Positions 46,501-54,374 of a stretch of 64,000 nucleotides of DNA are shown here, piece by piece; the first letter of the stretch is position 1; the number at the start of each line of letters is the position of its first letter. This DNA is from Callorhinchus milii (lineage: Eukaryota), in the NCBI RefSeq assembly GCF_018977255.1, contig NW_024704743.1, positions 43,278,001 through 43,342,000 on the forward strand, read 5' to 3'. The notes below the pieces were generated by a model. The model was given only the letters and a program-made list of their open reading frames with translations, was not told where the DNA came from and did no database searches. A program made the position numbers and the translations under genes.

Positions 46501-49500
46501 CTAAAATTTGCTAAAGCTGCATTGGGGAGGTCATAACCAGGGACACAAGTATAGATAACAACAAAGGGATCTAAAAGCGAATATAGGAGGAGCTACTTTC
46601 CGGCAGAGGATAGTGAGATTGTGGAACTCACTGCCTGAAGCAGTGGTTGGAGTAGATAGTGTAGATGCATTCAATAGGAAGATAGATATATGCATGCGGG
46701 AGAGAAGAATAGAAGGGTATGGGAGGGAGTAAGGAGTGGATGGTGACTCTTGTGGAGTATAAATACTGACAAGCAGTTTGTTCAGTAAAGTTGTAACAGT
46801 GGAGTGCAGTTTGAAAAAGTGCATGTGTTTCTGTTAAACTAAATTGTGTAATATTCAGCGGGGGGGTGGGGGCTATGGTTTAAAACTCTTATGTATTTAC
46901 TAAATCAAACACCAAAATAAATGTACGTTCTTTTGATAATAGCTATGATTTTTTTTAAATGACTGAATAATTAATTTTAATTCCAGGTTGTGTGTAGCCG
47001 CCTTATCGGTGAATAACTTCTGTGACAACAGAGAGGCTTTGTACGGAGTATTTGACGGTGATCGGAATGTGGAGGTGCCCTACCTCCTGCAGTGCACCAT
47101 GAGCGACGTGTTGGCAGAGGAATTGCAGAAGTCAAAGACCGACGAGGAATACATGACCAACACCTTCCTGGTCATGCAGAGGTGAGCAAACTCGTAAAGA
47201 AATTAGCACGCAGTGCACTTGCCCTGGTGGTAGCCATGGCCTTGCAATTACTTTGACTGATGATGTATTAGAAGGCGGAGGTTGCGAGGTGCCCAATAAT
47301 CCTAGCCCGTCTTTCTCCCTCCTGGTTTCCTGGCCAACAATCCCCCAAATAAAATCGGTCACTCACTCCATGGCTGTTTGTGGGACACTGCTGTGCACAA
47401 TTGGCTGCTGCGTTTGGCCCATAAAATAAACAGTCAAGCCTCTTTACAGTATAGGATAGATACAGGTAAACTATTTCCTCTGGTGGGGATTCCAGAACAA
47501 GAGGGCATAATCTTAAAATTATAGCTAGGCCATTTATGAGTGAAATTAGGAGGCAGTTTTTCACCCAAAAGGTAGTGAAAATCTGGAATTCTCTCCCCCA
47601 AAATGTTGTGGGTGCTGGATCCATTCACATCTTCAAGACTGAGGTGGATAGATATTTGTTAGGTCAGGATATTAAGGGATATGGGGCAAAGGCGGGTAAC
47701 TAGAGTTGAGTTGCATATCAGCCATGATCTTATCAAATGGCGGAACAGGCTCGAGGGGCTGAATAGCCTATGCCTGTTTCTATGTTTCTATATCCTGTGA
47801 AGTGCTCTGAGATGTCTCGACGATGTGAAAGGCGCTATATATCAAATCCAAGGATTATTATTATTATGATCACTACAGAAAACTGGCTGCCTTTAGCAAT
47901 GTGAGTCGCACTTGAGATCTGGTCACCCCTGTACACTCAGCGTGTGTCATGTCACGTCAGCACCATGATGACACATGTCTGAGCGCACAAAAAGCGCTCA
48001 ACCCATTCCCTGTTCCCTAAGTACCATCCCATCTCCAACCCCTCTTTCCTCCGTAAGGTACTGGAACAAGTTGTTGCTTCCCAGCTTCGCTCTTTTGTCT
48101 CCCTGCATGAACCCCTCCGATCTGGATTCTGTGCTGACCATTGTACAGAGACTACCCTGGTCAGAGTTACAAAATGACATTCTCTCCGTCTGTGACCAGT
48201 CTCCCTCTGCCTTTTTCTAGTTGAATGTCAACAGTCTGCCCGGCTCGCATCAGCGCCTTCTCACCTCAGGTGCTAACAGCATCAATCTACAGAGATAAAT
48301 CCACACTCCGCCTCGTGGAGCAAGTGCACAAACTCAGTGTCTTGAACGACACTCAACTGTAATTGAGTAATCAACTGTAATCTCCGAAACATTGCCCTTC
48401 TCCACCATTACCTCTCCCCTCAGGCCCTGAGAGCCTCATTCTTGCTTTTATTATGACTATGACTATGCCAACTGCTGCTCGCCGGGCTTCCCAACACTTC
48501 CCTCCACAAGATACAAATTATTCAGAACTCTGCAGCTTTTGTCCTCCCCTATACCAGGCTTTGTGAGCCTATCAACCCTACCCTCACCCAGCTCACTATC
48601 AACCCTACCCTCACCCAGCTCACTATCAACCCTACCCTCACCCAGCTCACTATCAACCCTACCCTCACCCAGCTCACTATCAACCTTACCCTCACCCAGC
48701 TCACTATCAATCTTACCCTCACTCAGCTCACTATCAACCTTACTTTATCAACCTTGTGGAGTCCTGTAGCTCAGTGGTTAGAGCACTCGCTTTGCAAGCG
48801 AGAGACCTGAGTTCAATTCCAGACAGGGCGAAACCTTGGGCAAGTTTCCTTACTCCACACACCTAATAATAATCCCTCCAAAACCAAAAACAATAATAAA
48901 TTGGTCATTTTCAATCTACGACTGTTTGTGGGACATTGCTGTGTGCAATTGGCTGCCACGTTCGCCCACAAATATACAGTCAATTCATTTTACAGCATGT
49001 TCTGTGAAGCGCTTTGGAATGTCCTCCCGACGTGAAAAGCGCTATATCAAATGCAAGGATTATTATTATTATTATTACCTTCACCCAGCTCACTATCAAC
49101 CCTACCCTCACTGGCTCCCCATTCTCCAGAGGATTGAGTTCAAGATCCTTGTCCTTACTTTTAAATTCATCCACGATCTTGCCTCACCCTACTTCTGCGA
49201 CCTACTAAACCCCTTCCAACTCACCCGCTAAGTGATTTTGTACCTGTCTGTAACTCCTCGCTACGACATCCCAGCAGCTATCTGGACAGCTCATTCCATT
49301 CTTTATTCATGTTTTTTAAAAAAAAGTAAAGGCAGCAATTGAAGCAAGTTCTAAGTGTGCACTCAAAGAAGGAAAAAAATATTTTATATGCTCAGGCACT
49401 TGAATCTCTGAGTAGTGAAAGTTGGCTAGTCAATTGTTACTCTGATTGAGTGCATGTTCCTGGCAGCTTTCCCAGGGTATTTTGACTTCACCAAATGAAG

Positions 49501-52500
49501 TTTCAGATTGGTCAACAGCACCATGGCAATTTTTAATATCTAGCATAAAACCTTGGGATCCTTCAGCGCAGCTTCAATAATGAAAATGCCTGTGTACATT
49601 TGAGCTAAAACGAGAATACGAAGGAACATTTGACAAACTTAGACCTTTCAATTTGCCCTGTGCTATTCCAGCTTATTCCAGTTCCAAGCTCATGTAATGC
49701 ACAGGACATCTGCAGTTGTATTTGAGTTGAGCTACAATCATTCGATTGTACAATCAAAACCTACAATCCGTGACCCCATCTCCCCCACTCTCGCCCGACT
49801 CCACTGGCTCCCTATCCTTCAGAGGATCCAGTTCAAGATCCTGGTCCTCACATACAAAGCCCTCCATGGCCTCGCCGCACCCTACCTCTGCGACCTCCTA
49901 ATCCCCTACCAACCCGCCCGTTCTTTCCGCTTAGCCGGTTCTGGCCTGCTCCATGTCCCCCGACCCACCCGCCCCACCATTGGCGGGAGAGCCTTCAGCC
50001 ACTCTGCCCCCAACCTCTGGAATTCCATGCCCCAATCACTCCGCCTCGCCCCTTCCTTAGCCTCCTTCAAGTCCCGCCTCAAGACCCTCCTCTTCGACCG
50101 ACCATGCCATTGGCCATACCCCTTCCCCTTCCCTCTTTTTTCCCCCCCCTGACCCTAGCTCGGGTCTGAAATGCTGTGCACTGTCCAGGGCCTTGGGACA
50201 TCCGCCCAACGCCCAACTATACAAATGTAATCTTGTCGTTGTTGACCCGGTAAAGACTTCAGGAGTCTTTCTCTGCCATAATGAAATAACAGTTTCCAGG
50301 ATTTGTGTTTGTTCGGAGAAGAACCAACAAGCAGATGTTAATTGCTGTTCACCTTTCACTGTTATCCATGTTGTTAATGGAAGATATTAAACTATGTAGG
50401 TGAATAGTGGGTATTGTATAAAAGTACCTGCAAATATCAAATCCGGAAGGTATCGATGTTTCACAGTCGCCCAGAACTCTGCTCGGATACCAATCTCGTA
50501 ACTGACTTCTGAAATGTTGGATTCAGCTAAAGGAAGCTCCCAGCAGGAGATTGCTGTTTGAGTGGACCTCTGGCATGTGGGAGTGAAAATCAGCTCTGGA
50601 TACCTGCAGGATTCAATGTTTGTGAATCCTGGAAATTCCCCCGAGTGTTAAAAGCCAGATATGAGATTTGCCAATTCCAGTGGATGTTGATTTGTCAGAA
50701 CGTAACATTGTGCAATATTGTTGAATTATTAAATTAAACTTCAATTTCAAAGTCAAATTAAAGAATTCTTTAACTCTCTGAGACTTCTTGCAGTTTTTAA
50801 AGAGAAACGATTCACAAATTAACACTAAATTTAAGTGTCAAAGATGCAGCGAAACACCTTGTGGTAACGTAGAACATCACAGATGGTTTGCATTCAGACT
50901 CCTGATCTCTGAAATTCTATCTTAGCCTTAGCCTGTAAGACAGTCTTACAATTTTTAAGATTGTGCAGAATTCTAGAGAATTCTTAAATTTAGAGTTAAT
51001 TGTACGCCGGTTCTGTTCAAGAACTGCAGAAAACTGACTTCCAAATTAATAATAATCCTTGCGTTTGGGCCTTATCACGTCGTTCAGAAGTCTCAAAGCG
51101 CTTTACGGAATATACTGTAAAGTGAATTGACTGTATATTTTGTGAGCAAAATTAAAGCTTAGTTTAAGAATTTTAAACAATGTTGCACAATGTTAAATTT
51201 TATGATAAAATACTCTTACAGGCTAAGAATGGGTGGATTGGCCTTGACTAGAAACCACTGAAGCCAGATATTTCACGAAGAAAGACCACGGTTTTAAAAT
51301 CTGCACCTATATCTGTGGATCTTGTTGTGTATTATATCTTGTATTTATTATTTAAAAACAGATTATTTCCAACCCTTAACCATTCACTGACCGCTCTCTT
51401 TGCCGTTTAGGTATTCTGACACTAATTTTCTTTTTGTAAATCTTTTTAGGAAACTTGGAACTGCTGGACAGAAGCTGGGCGGCTCCGCTGTGCTTTGCCA
51501 CATTAAACATGATCCCATGGATCCCTCTGGTTGTTTCACACTGACCGCAGCCAATGTTGGGAAGTGCCAAGCTATCCTGTGCAGAGATGGCAAACCCCTG
51601 CCTCTTTCAAAGCTGTATACTGTGCGCTGTGAAGAAGAACTGCAGCGGATTAAACGTCACAAAGCCATGGTCACTGAGGTAAAATAACCAGTAATTGTTG
51701 CCCCATGAAATTAATTTGTACTATGGACCAATTGCCAAATGGCCAAATTTCTAATGAATTTATTTGACATCCTTTAATGCTATGGGTTAACTATTAGATC
51801 ATATATTCCTTATGGGCACATCTTGTAATAACTCTCATGTGACTAGATTTTAAAATGTGCCTCCTGTGTGTACAAATTAAAGGATGAAAGATACAGCAGG
51901 TATAACCGAGCTGATTTCTGTGTTTTCATACAAGAGTATTTCATTTCAGGAATGAATCTAGGAAATTTTCACACTTGACTTGCCACTTGTTGTTATTGAG
52001 GCTAGGAGGCTGGACTGATGTTTTGATGGGGAGGGCTGTTGGGAGGGTGTTCTGGATGGATGAGACCAAATGGGCTGGAGGGCCTTCCTCAACCAAACCG
52101 TCTGCTGTAAGGAAGGGTGCAATGAGATGCCTCATCGTACCAGGCACTGTTAAAAATCGAAGTTCTTCTAAAAGTCCTGTTTGATTGTGTGTGTTACAGG
52201 ACAATAAAGTCAATGGGGTGACAGATTCCACGAGGATCTTGGGCTACACGTTCCTCCATCCCTACGTTGTTCCTCGGCCTCACGTTCAGTCCGTCACCCT
52301 CACGCCGCAAGACGAATTCTTCATCCTGGGCAGCAAGGGTCTGTGGGACAGTATCTCCTATGTGGAAGCTGTGGAGTCCGTGAGGAATGTGCCTGACGCT
52401 CTGGCTGCTGCCAAGAAGCTGTGTAGTCTGGCCCAGAGCTACGGCTGCAACGACAGCATCAGTGCGGTGGTGGTGCAGCTCAATGTCAGCGAAGACTGCT

Positions 52501-53342
52501 TTTGCCTTTGCGATATGAATGGTGTCCCGCCTCCAAGTCCAGGCATTTTCCCTCCTTCAGTGAGCGAGGTGATAAAGGACCGGCCCACGGATACTCTGGG
52601 GATGCCATCTTCCAGCAGCGGGGTGGCCTCGGAGATCAGCAGTGAAATCTCCACCTCGGAAATGAGCAGCGAAGTGGGCTCCACGGCCTCCGACGAGCCC
52701 CCCCAGGTGACGCTGGCTGAGGGGGGATCGGTGTTTCACGGCGAGCAGCGCTGCATGCTGCACCCCGTGTGCCTGACCAACTCCTTCCAGCGCCAGCTCT
52801 CCAGCGCCACTTTCTCTAGCGCCTTCTCGGACAACGGGCTGGACAGCGAGGATGAGGAGCCCATCGAGGGCGTCTTTTCCAACGGGAGCCGAGTGGAGGT
52901 GGAGGCCGACATCCACTGCACCCGGGCCAAGCAGACGGAGAAGATGGTGCTGCACTCGGCCTCCGAAACCTGCGACGAGGGGATCGTCATCAGCGCCAAC
53001 GAGGACGAGAGCTCGGAGAAGGCGGTGCTGAAGGCCCACGAGGAAAGCGACAGCCAGCAAGCGGAGGCCTCTGCCACGGGAACCATCGGACGCAGGCGGG
53101 GAAACGGATCTGTTGCCCCACCAGAGAAGAGCCACAATTTAATCGAGGTGGCGGCAGATCCCCCCCTGAAGAAGGGCGGAGGCTACTTCGCTGCCCCCGC
53201 CCAGCCGGACCCTGACGACCAGTTCATAATCCCACCAGAACTAGAGGAGGAAGTGAAGGAGATAATGAAACAGCATCAGGAGCAGCAGCAGAGACAGTAT
53301 CAGCTGGAGCAGCTCCCAGATTGCTATGATACACCTCTATGA
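19323..53342 (+). CDS. PHLPP1: PH domain leucine-rich repeat protein phosphatase 1, 5'-partial spliced CDS (16 exons; first coding exon upstream of window)
   Basis: join(19323-19513,21112-21237,27759-27925,33688-33834,33958-34188,34753-34955,36113-36173,36846-36941,39882-40037,40604-40804,41352-41514,43271-43401,45623-45739,46987-47181,51450-51678,52200-53342). All introns GT-AG with consistent phases. Translation matches recalled vertebrate PHLPP1 (PH-LRR-PP2C) and ends in DTPL, not the DTAL of PHLPP2. Confidence 0.97.
19575..19772 (+). repeat. Unclassified ~200-bp interspersed repeat, copy 2
   Basis: Inverted homolog of 6969-7171. Confidence 0.85.
20125..20440 (+). mobile_element. Deu-domain SINE, degenerate
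   Basis: aagatcctgtg...tttgaaaagagaagggagtttctc...ggctgtttgtggga. Confidence 0.7.
20560..20950 (+). mobile_element. Deu-domain (SacSINE1-like) SINE, near full length
   Basis: Head gcctggctcagt...ctgagtcagaag..tgtgggttcaagccc, central domain, tail ggattatta. Confidence 0.8.
21112..21237 (+). CDS. PHLPP1: PHLPP1 exon 3 (PH domain, C-terminal half); not in the ORF track
   Basis: tag|GTGGAG...AAG|gtgggt; [42 protein letters not shown], 126 nt, phase 0-0. Confidence 0.96.
21683..22145 (+). mobile_element. L2 LINE 3' fragment
   Basis: Closely matches 3775-4238; tail-to-tail with a - strand SINE tail at 22146-22297. Confidence 0.88.
23135..23563 (-). mobile_element. Deu-domain (SacSINE1-like) SINE, near full length
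   Basis: Reverse-complement head at 23505-23563, central domain, degenerate tail. Confidence 0.82.
24821..25280 (+). mobile_element. tRNA-Ala-like CORE-type SINE, long form, with nested ~60-bp insertion (24952-25012)
   Basis: TAGCTCAGTGG A-box, GGTTTGATTCC B-box, anticodon-like CGC, (TAT)n tail; AAGTA duplication flanks the insert. Confidence 0.9.
25908..27635 (+). mobile_element. Nested cluster: Deu-SINE interrupted by L2 (~26060-27160), which is interrupted by an L2 mini-tail (26417-26479)
   Basis: SINE head at 25908-26010 resumes as the central domain at ~27162; L2 peptide [16 protein letters not shown] is split by the insert. Confidence 0.8.
27759..27925 (+). CDS. PHLPP1: PHLPP1 exon 4 (start of LRRs); not in the ORF track
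   Basis: ttttcag|ATT...AG|gtaac; [56 protein letters not shown]. Confidence 0.95.
28270..28410 (-). mobile_element. CR1-clade LINE 3' end
   Basis: catagaatc...cagcacagaaggaggccattcgg...gaaagagcta; reverse complement of 36405-36512. Confidence 0.75.
31550..31845 (+). mobile_element. tRNA-Ala-like CORE-type SINE, degenerate
   Basis: ctcgcttcgcaagcgag anticodon arm, ctccacacat.t.tgtttacctagca body, tail. Confidence 0.8.
32640..32965 (+). mobile_element. L2 3' fragment with internal 27-bp tandem duplication (~32809-32872)
   Basis: PYRPARSL..., tail tgtaaagcactgtgagac; the ORF track shows SPLFSPLHR twice. Confidence 0.7.
33688..33834 (+). CDS. PHLPP1: PHLPP1 exon 5 (LRR)
   Basis: cag|G...AA|gtaagt; [48 protein letters not shown]. 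Confidence 0.96.
33958..34188 (+). CDS. PHLPP1: PHLPP1 exon 6 (LRR)
   Basis: cag|C...AG|gtagat; [14 protein letters not shown]...HIKQVDLR; preceded by a 123-nt intron. Confidence 0.96.
34753..34955 (+). CDS. PHLPP1: PHLPP1 exon 7 (LRR)
   Basis: tttag|A...A|gtaagt; [28 protein letters not shown]...KNLFAATN. Confidence 0.95.
35105..35300 (+). mobile_element. L2 3' end (second subfamily)
   Basis: Closely matches 50060-50244 (ctcgggtctgaaatgctgt...). Confidence 0.85.
36113..36173 (+). CDS. PHLPP1: PHLPP1 exon 8 (LRR, 61 nt); not in the ORF track
   Basis: tttcag|GC...AG|gtaggt; [21 protein letters not shown]. Confidence 0.94.
36260..36545 (+). mobile_element. CR1 fragments, including a younger CR1 3' end at ~36405-36512
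   Basis: gaatggcct..ttct.tgctgtaa followed by (gattctat)n terminal repeats. Confidence 0.7.
36846..36941 (+). CDS. PHLPP1: PHLPP1 exon 9 (LRR); not in the ORF track
   Basis: tag|G...AA|gtaagt; [32 protein letters not shown]. Confidence 0.95.
39512..39722. mobile_element. MITE-like TIR element, degenerate copy
   Basis: Collinear with 50927-51227: cttagcc..taagaca...aagattgtgcagaa...cttaaattt...aagaact...cttccaa...ggctaa. Confidence 0.7.
39882..40037 (+). CDS. PHLPP1: PHLPP1 exon 10 (LRR)
   Basis: aag|G...GG|gtaatt; [51 protein letters not shown]. Confidence 0.95.
40604..40804 (+). CDS. PHLPP1: PHLPP1 exon 11 (LRR)
   Basis: cag|C...AG|gtaaga; [14 protein letters not shown]...[12 protein letters not shown]. 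Confidence 0.96.
41352..41514 (+). CDS. PHLPP1: PHLPP1 exon 12 (LRR)
   Basis: ttcag|T...AAG|gtacca; [54 protein letters not shown]. Confidence 0.96.
43271..43401 (+). CDS. PHLPP1: PHLPP1 exon 13 (last LRRs)
   Basis: cag|TGC...AA|gtaagc; [43 protein letters not shown]. Confidence 0.96.
44355..44675 (-). mobile_element. tRNA-Ala-like SINE, short form, full length
   Basis: Reverse complement is highly similar to 48755-49077; anticodon-like TGC. Confidence 0.92.
44715..45056 (-). mobile_element. Deu-domain SINE with internal deletion
   Basis: Reverse-complement head (taccactgcgccaggctga), body and tail. Confidence 0.75.
45623..45739 (+). CDS. PHLPP1: PHLPP1 exon 14 (LRR-PP2C linker and start of PP2C); not in the ORF track
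   Basis: cag|T...AG|gtatgt; [39 protein letters not shown]. Confidence 0.95.
46530..46760 (+). mobile_element. CR1 LINE ORF2 3' fragment
   Basis: Reads as ...[31 protein letters not shown], typical of the CR1 ORF2 C-terminus. Confidence 0.75.
46987..47181 (+). CDS. PHLPP1: PHLPP1 exon 15 (PP2C domain, GVFDG motif)
   Basis: cag|G...AG|gtgagc; [40 protein letters not shown]...FLVMQR. Confidence 0.96.
47453..47790 (+). mobile_element. CR1 LINE 3' end nested in a SINE tail (host ~47310-47868)
   Basis: RTRGHNLKI...[14 protein letters not shown]...FKTEVDRYL plus terminal (tgtttcta)x2; host tail is split at tttacagtata|tatcctgtgaag. Confidence 0.88.
48569..48745. repeat. 27-bp minisatellite (CTATCAACCCTACCCTCACCCAGCTCA), 6 full copies plus partials
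   Basis: Seen directly; the unit resumes at ~49078 after the SINE. Confidence 0.93.
48755..49077 (+). mobile_element. tRNA-Ala-like SINE, short form, full length
   Basis: A-box TAGCTCAGTGG, B-box GAGTTCAATTCC, arm CTCGC-TT-TGC-AA-GCGAG, tail ending (TAT)n. Confidence 0.92.
49765..50244 (+). mobile_element. L2 LINE 3' fragment with open ORF2 C-terminus (relatively young)
   Basis: [40 protein letters not shown]...[17 protein letters not shown]...[10 protein letters not shown]. Confidence 0.92.
50927..51227. mobile_element. MITE-like element with perfect 14-bp terminal inverted repeats, interrupted by a - strand SINE tail (~51048-51150)
   Basis: CTTAGCCTGTAAGA (50927-40) and TCTTACAGGCTAAG (51214-27); subterminal ttaagattgtgca / tgcacaatgttaa. 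Confidence 0.75.
51450..51678 (+). CDS. PHLPP1: PHLPP1 exon 16 (PP2C domain)
   Basis: tttag|G...GAG|gtaaaa; [18 protein letters not shown]...[16 protein letters not shown]...MVTE. Confidence 0.96.
52200..53342 (+). CDS. PHLPP1: PHLPP1 exon 17 coding part (end of PP2C, Ser-rich tail, PDZ ligand DTPL, stop)
   Basis: cag|GAC; 380 codons plus [18 protein letters not shown]...[10 protein letters not shown]. Confidence 0.97.
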   Translation, partial: DNKVNGVTDSTRILGYTFLHPYVVPRPHVQSVTLTPQDEFFILGSKGLWDSISYVEAVESVRNVPDALAAAKKLCSLAQSYGCNDSISAVVVQLNVSEDCFCLCDMNGVPPPSPGIFPPSVSEVIKDRPTDTLGMPSSSSGVASEISSEISTSEMSSEVGSTASDEPPQVTLAEGGSVFHGEQRCMLHPVCLTNSFQRQLSSATFSSAFSDNGLDSEDEEPIEGVFSNGSRVEVEADIHCTRAKQTEKMVLHSASETCDEGIVISANEDESSEKAVLKAHEESDSQQAEASATGTIGRRRGNGSVAPPEKSHNLIEVAADPPLKKGGGYFAAPAQPDPDDQFIIPPELEEEVKEIMKQHQEQQQRQYQLEQLPDCYDTPL

Positions 53343-54265
53343 CCAGGAGCGAAACTATTATTTTCACTGACCTTGAGCCTTAGGAGCTCAAAGCATCTTA
53401 CTTTTCAACAGAGACTGGACAGGTTTTGTGAGATCTCGTCCCCGTTCCTAATCTTTCTCCCCGTCTCACTTTACCCCGCTCCTCCCCAGTTACACACACT
53501 GACATGAGCAGCCATTCTTTGTGAGTTTTTTTTAAAAAGAAATCATCACTTTGTTCTGTTGTTACTGATTTAACCGTTTTAAGAACTAAATAATGGATTA
53601 GTATCAGTTTTGCTAGAGCATATCATTTCTGTAAGACAATGGTTTAGTGTATCGCGTGGAGAGGCAGATTTTTCTTAAACCATCGAGCATTCGTTAGAAA
53701 ACAGAGAAGCATAAGTATTAAGAATGATTGATTGTAGTTCATGATATAAATGTGGTCTTGCTAAAATCATGGCTTTTTTTCCAAAAAAAAGCGACTGTCA
53801 TAGAGATTTGTAGACATTAAAGACTAACTCCTAGGAGTTGCAAACTCATTAATGTGACCTAGTCACTGATATTTACTAATCTTCTCTGAGAGAACAGCTG
53901 ATTTCAGAAATTATTGTAAATAGTTTGAATGTTGTATAATGATGAGAGTCAACACAAAGTTCCCGAGCAGTCTTTATCTGGAAAAGCATTTAAAAGGTTT
54001 TATTTTCCTTGTCGTCTTCAAGAAGTTGATGAGTGATGGGATTACTCAGTGTGAAAACTGCCTGGCTATGGTTTGTTCAAGGACTGTTTTTTTGTCAGCT
54101 GGCCTGTTGTCACACTTGAATTTCTCTCTTCATGTCTTCTGCTGCTCAACAGCATGACTGTGTCGATGTTATCACCAGGAAACAAAAAAAATTATATTAC
54201 AAAGGATACACGAGCAGATATGTTAATACAATTTTGTTTAAAATAAATCTACAATTTAAACAAAC
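53343..54265 (+). other. Probable PHLPP1 3' UTR
   Basis: AT-rich stretch with no recognisable transposon between the stop codon and AATAAA; the 3' end is inferred. Confidence 0.65.
54242..54247 (+). terminator. Polyadenylation signal
   Basis: AATAAA followed ~20 nt later by a GT/T-rich element (tgcgtgtttggtttt). Confidence 0.7.
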
Positions 54266-54374
54266 CTGCGTGTTTGGTTTTCATGAGAAGTAAAACTCTA
54301 AAGGTTTTTATTTTTGAGTTTTGGTTTGCAAAACCAAACGTTCTTAACCTGGCATAATTAGGAGATAGGATAAG

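Larger units (their letters stand above)
48020..49230 (+). mobile_element. Fragmented L2 carrying a 27-bp minisatellite and a nested SINE
   Basis: L2 blocks ccatctccaacc..., cagaactctgc and [19 protein letters not shown]. Confidence 0.8.

Noticed and set aside
48569..48745. Regular 27-bp repeats (and the 23-bp array at 15830) as a CRISPR-like array
   Set aside because: Head-to-tail tandem units with no unique spacers, in a vertebrate intron with no cas genes.
48758..48830. tRNA-Ala(TGC)-like cloverleaf (similar heads at ~24824, ~44600-44675, ~17008)
   Set aside because: Each continues directly into a SINE body and L2-type tail, has an imperfect acceptor or T stem, and has no adjacent oligo-T terminator. 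These are SINE heads, not tRNA genes.
48836..49080. Recurrent peptide CLWD.AV.NWLPR...[12 protein letters not shown] in many ORFs
   Set aside because: Conceptual translation of the shared non-coding SINE tail; frames are not maintained between copies.
52439..53137. Antisense ORFs of 81-192 aa over exon 17
   Set aside because: Shadow ORFs of a GC3-rich coding exon, with no independent start context or recognisable protein.
19323..53342. Assignment as PHLPP2
   Set aside because: The C-terminus DTPL and most LRR, PP2C and tail motifs match recalled PHLPP1; only a few PH-domain residues look PHLPP2-like.
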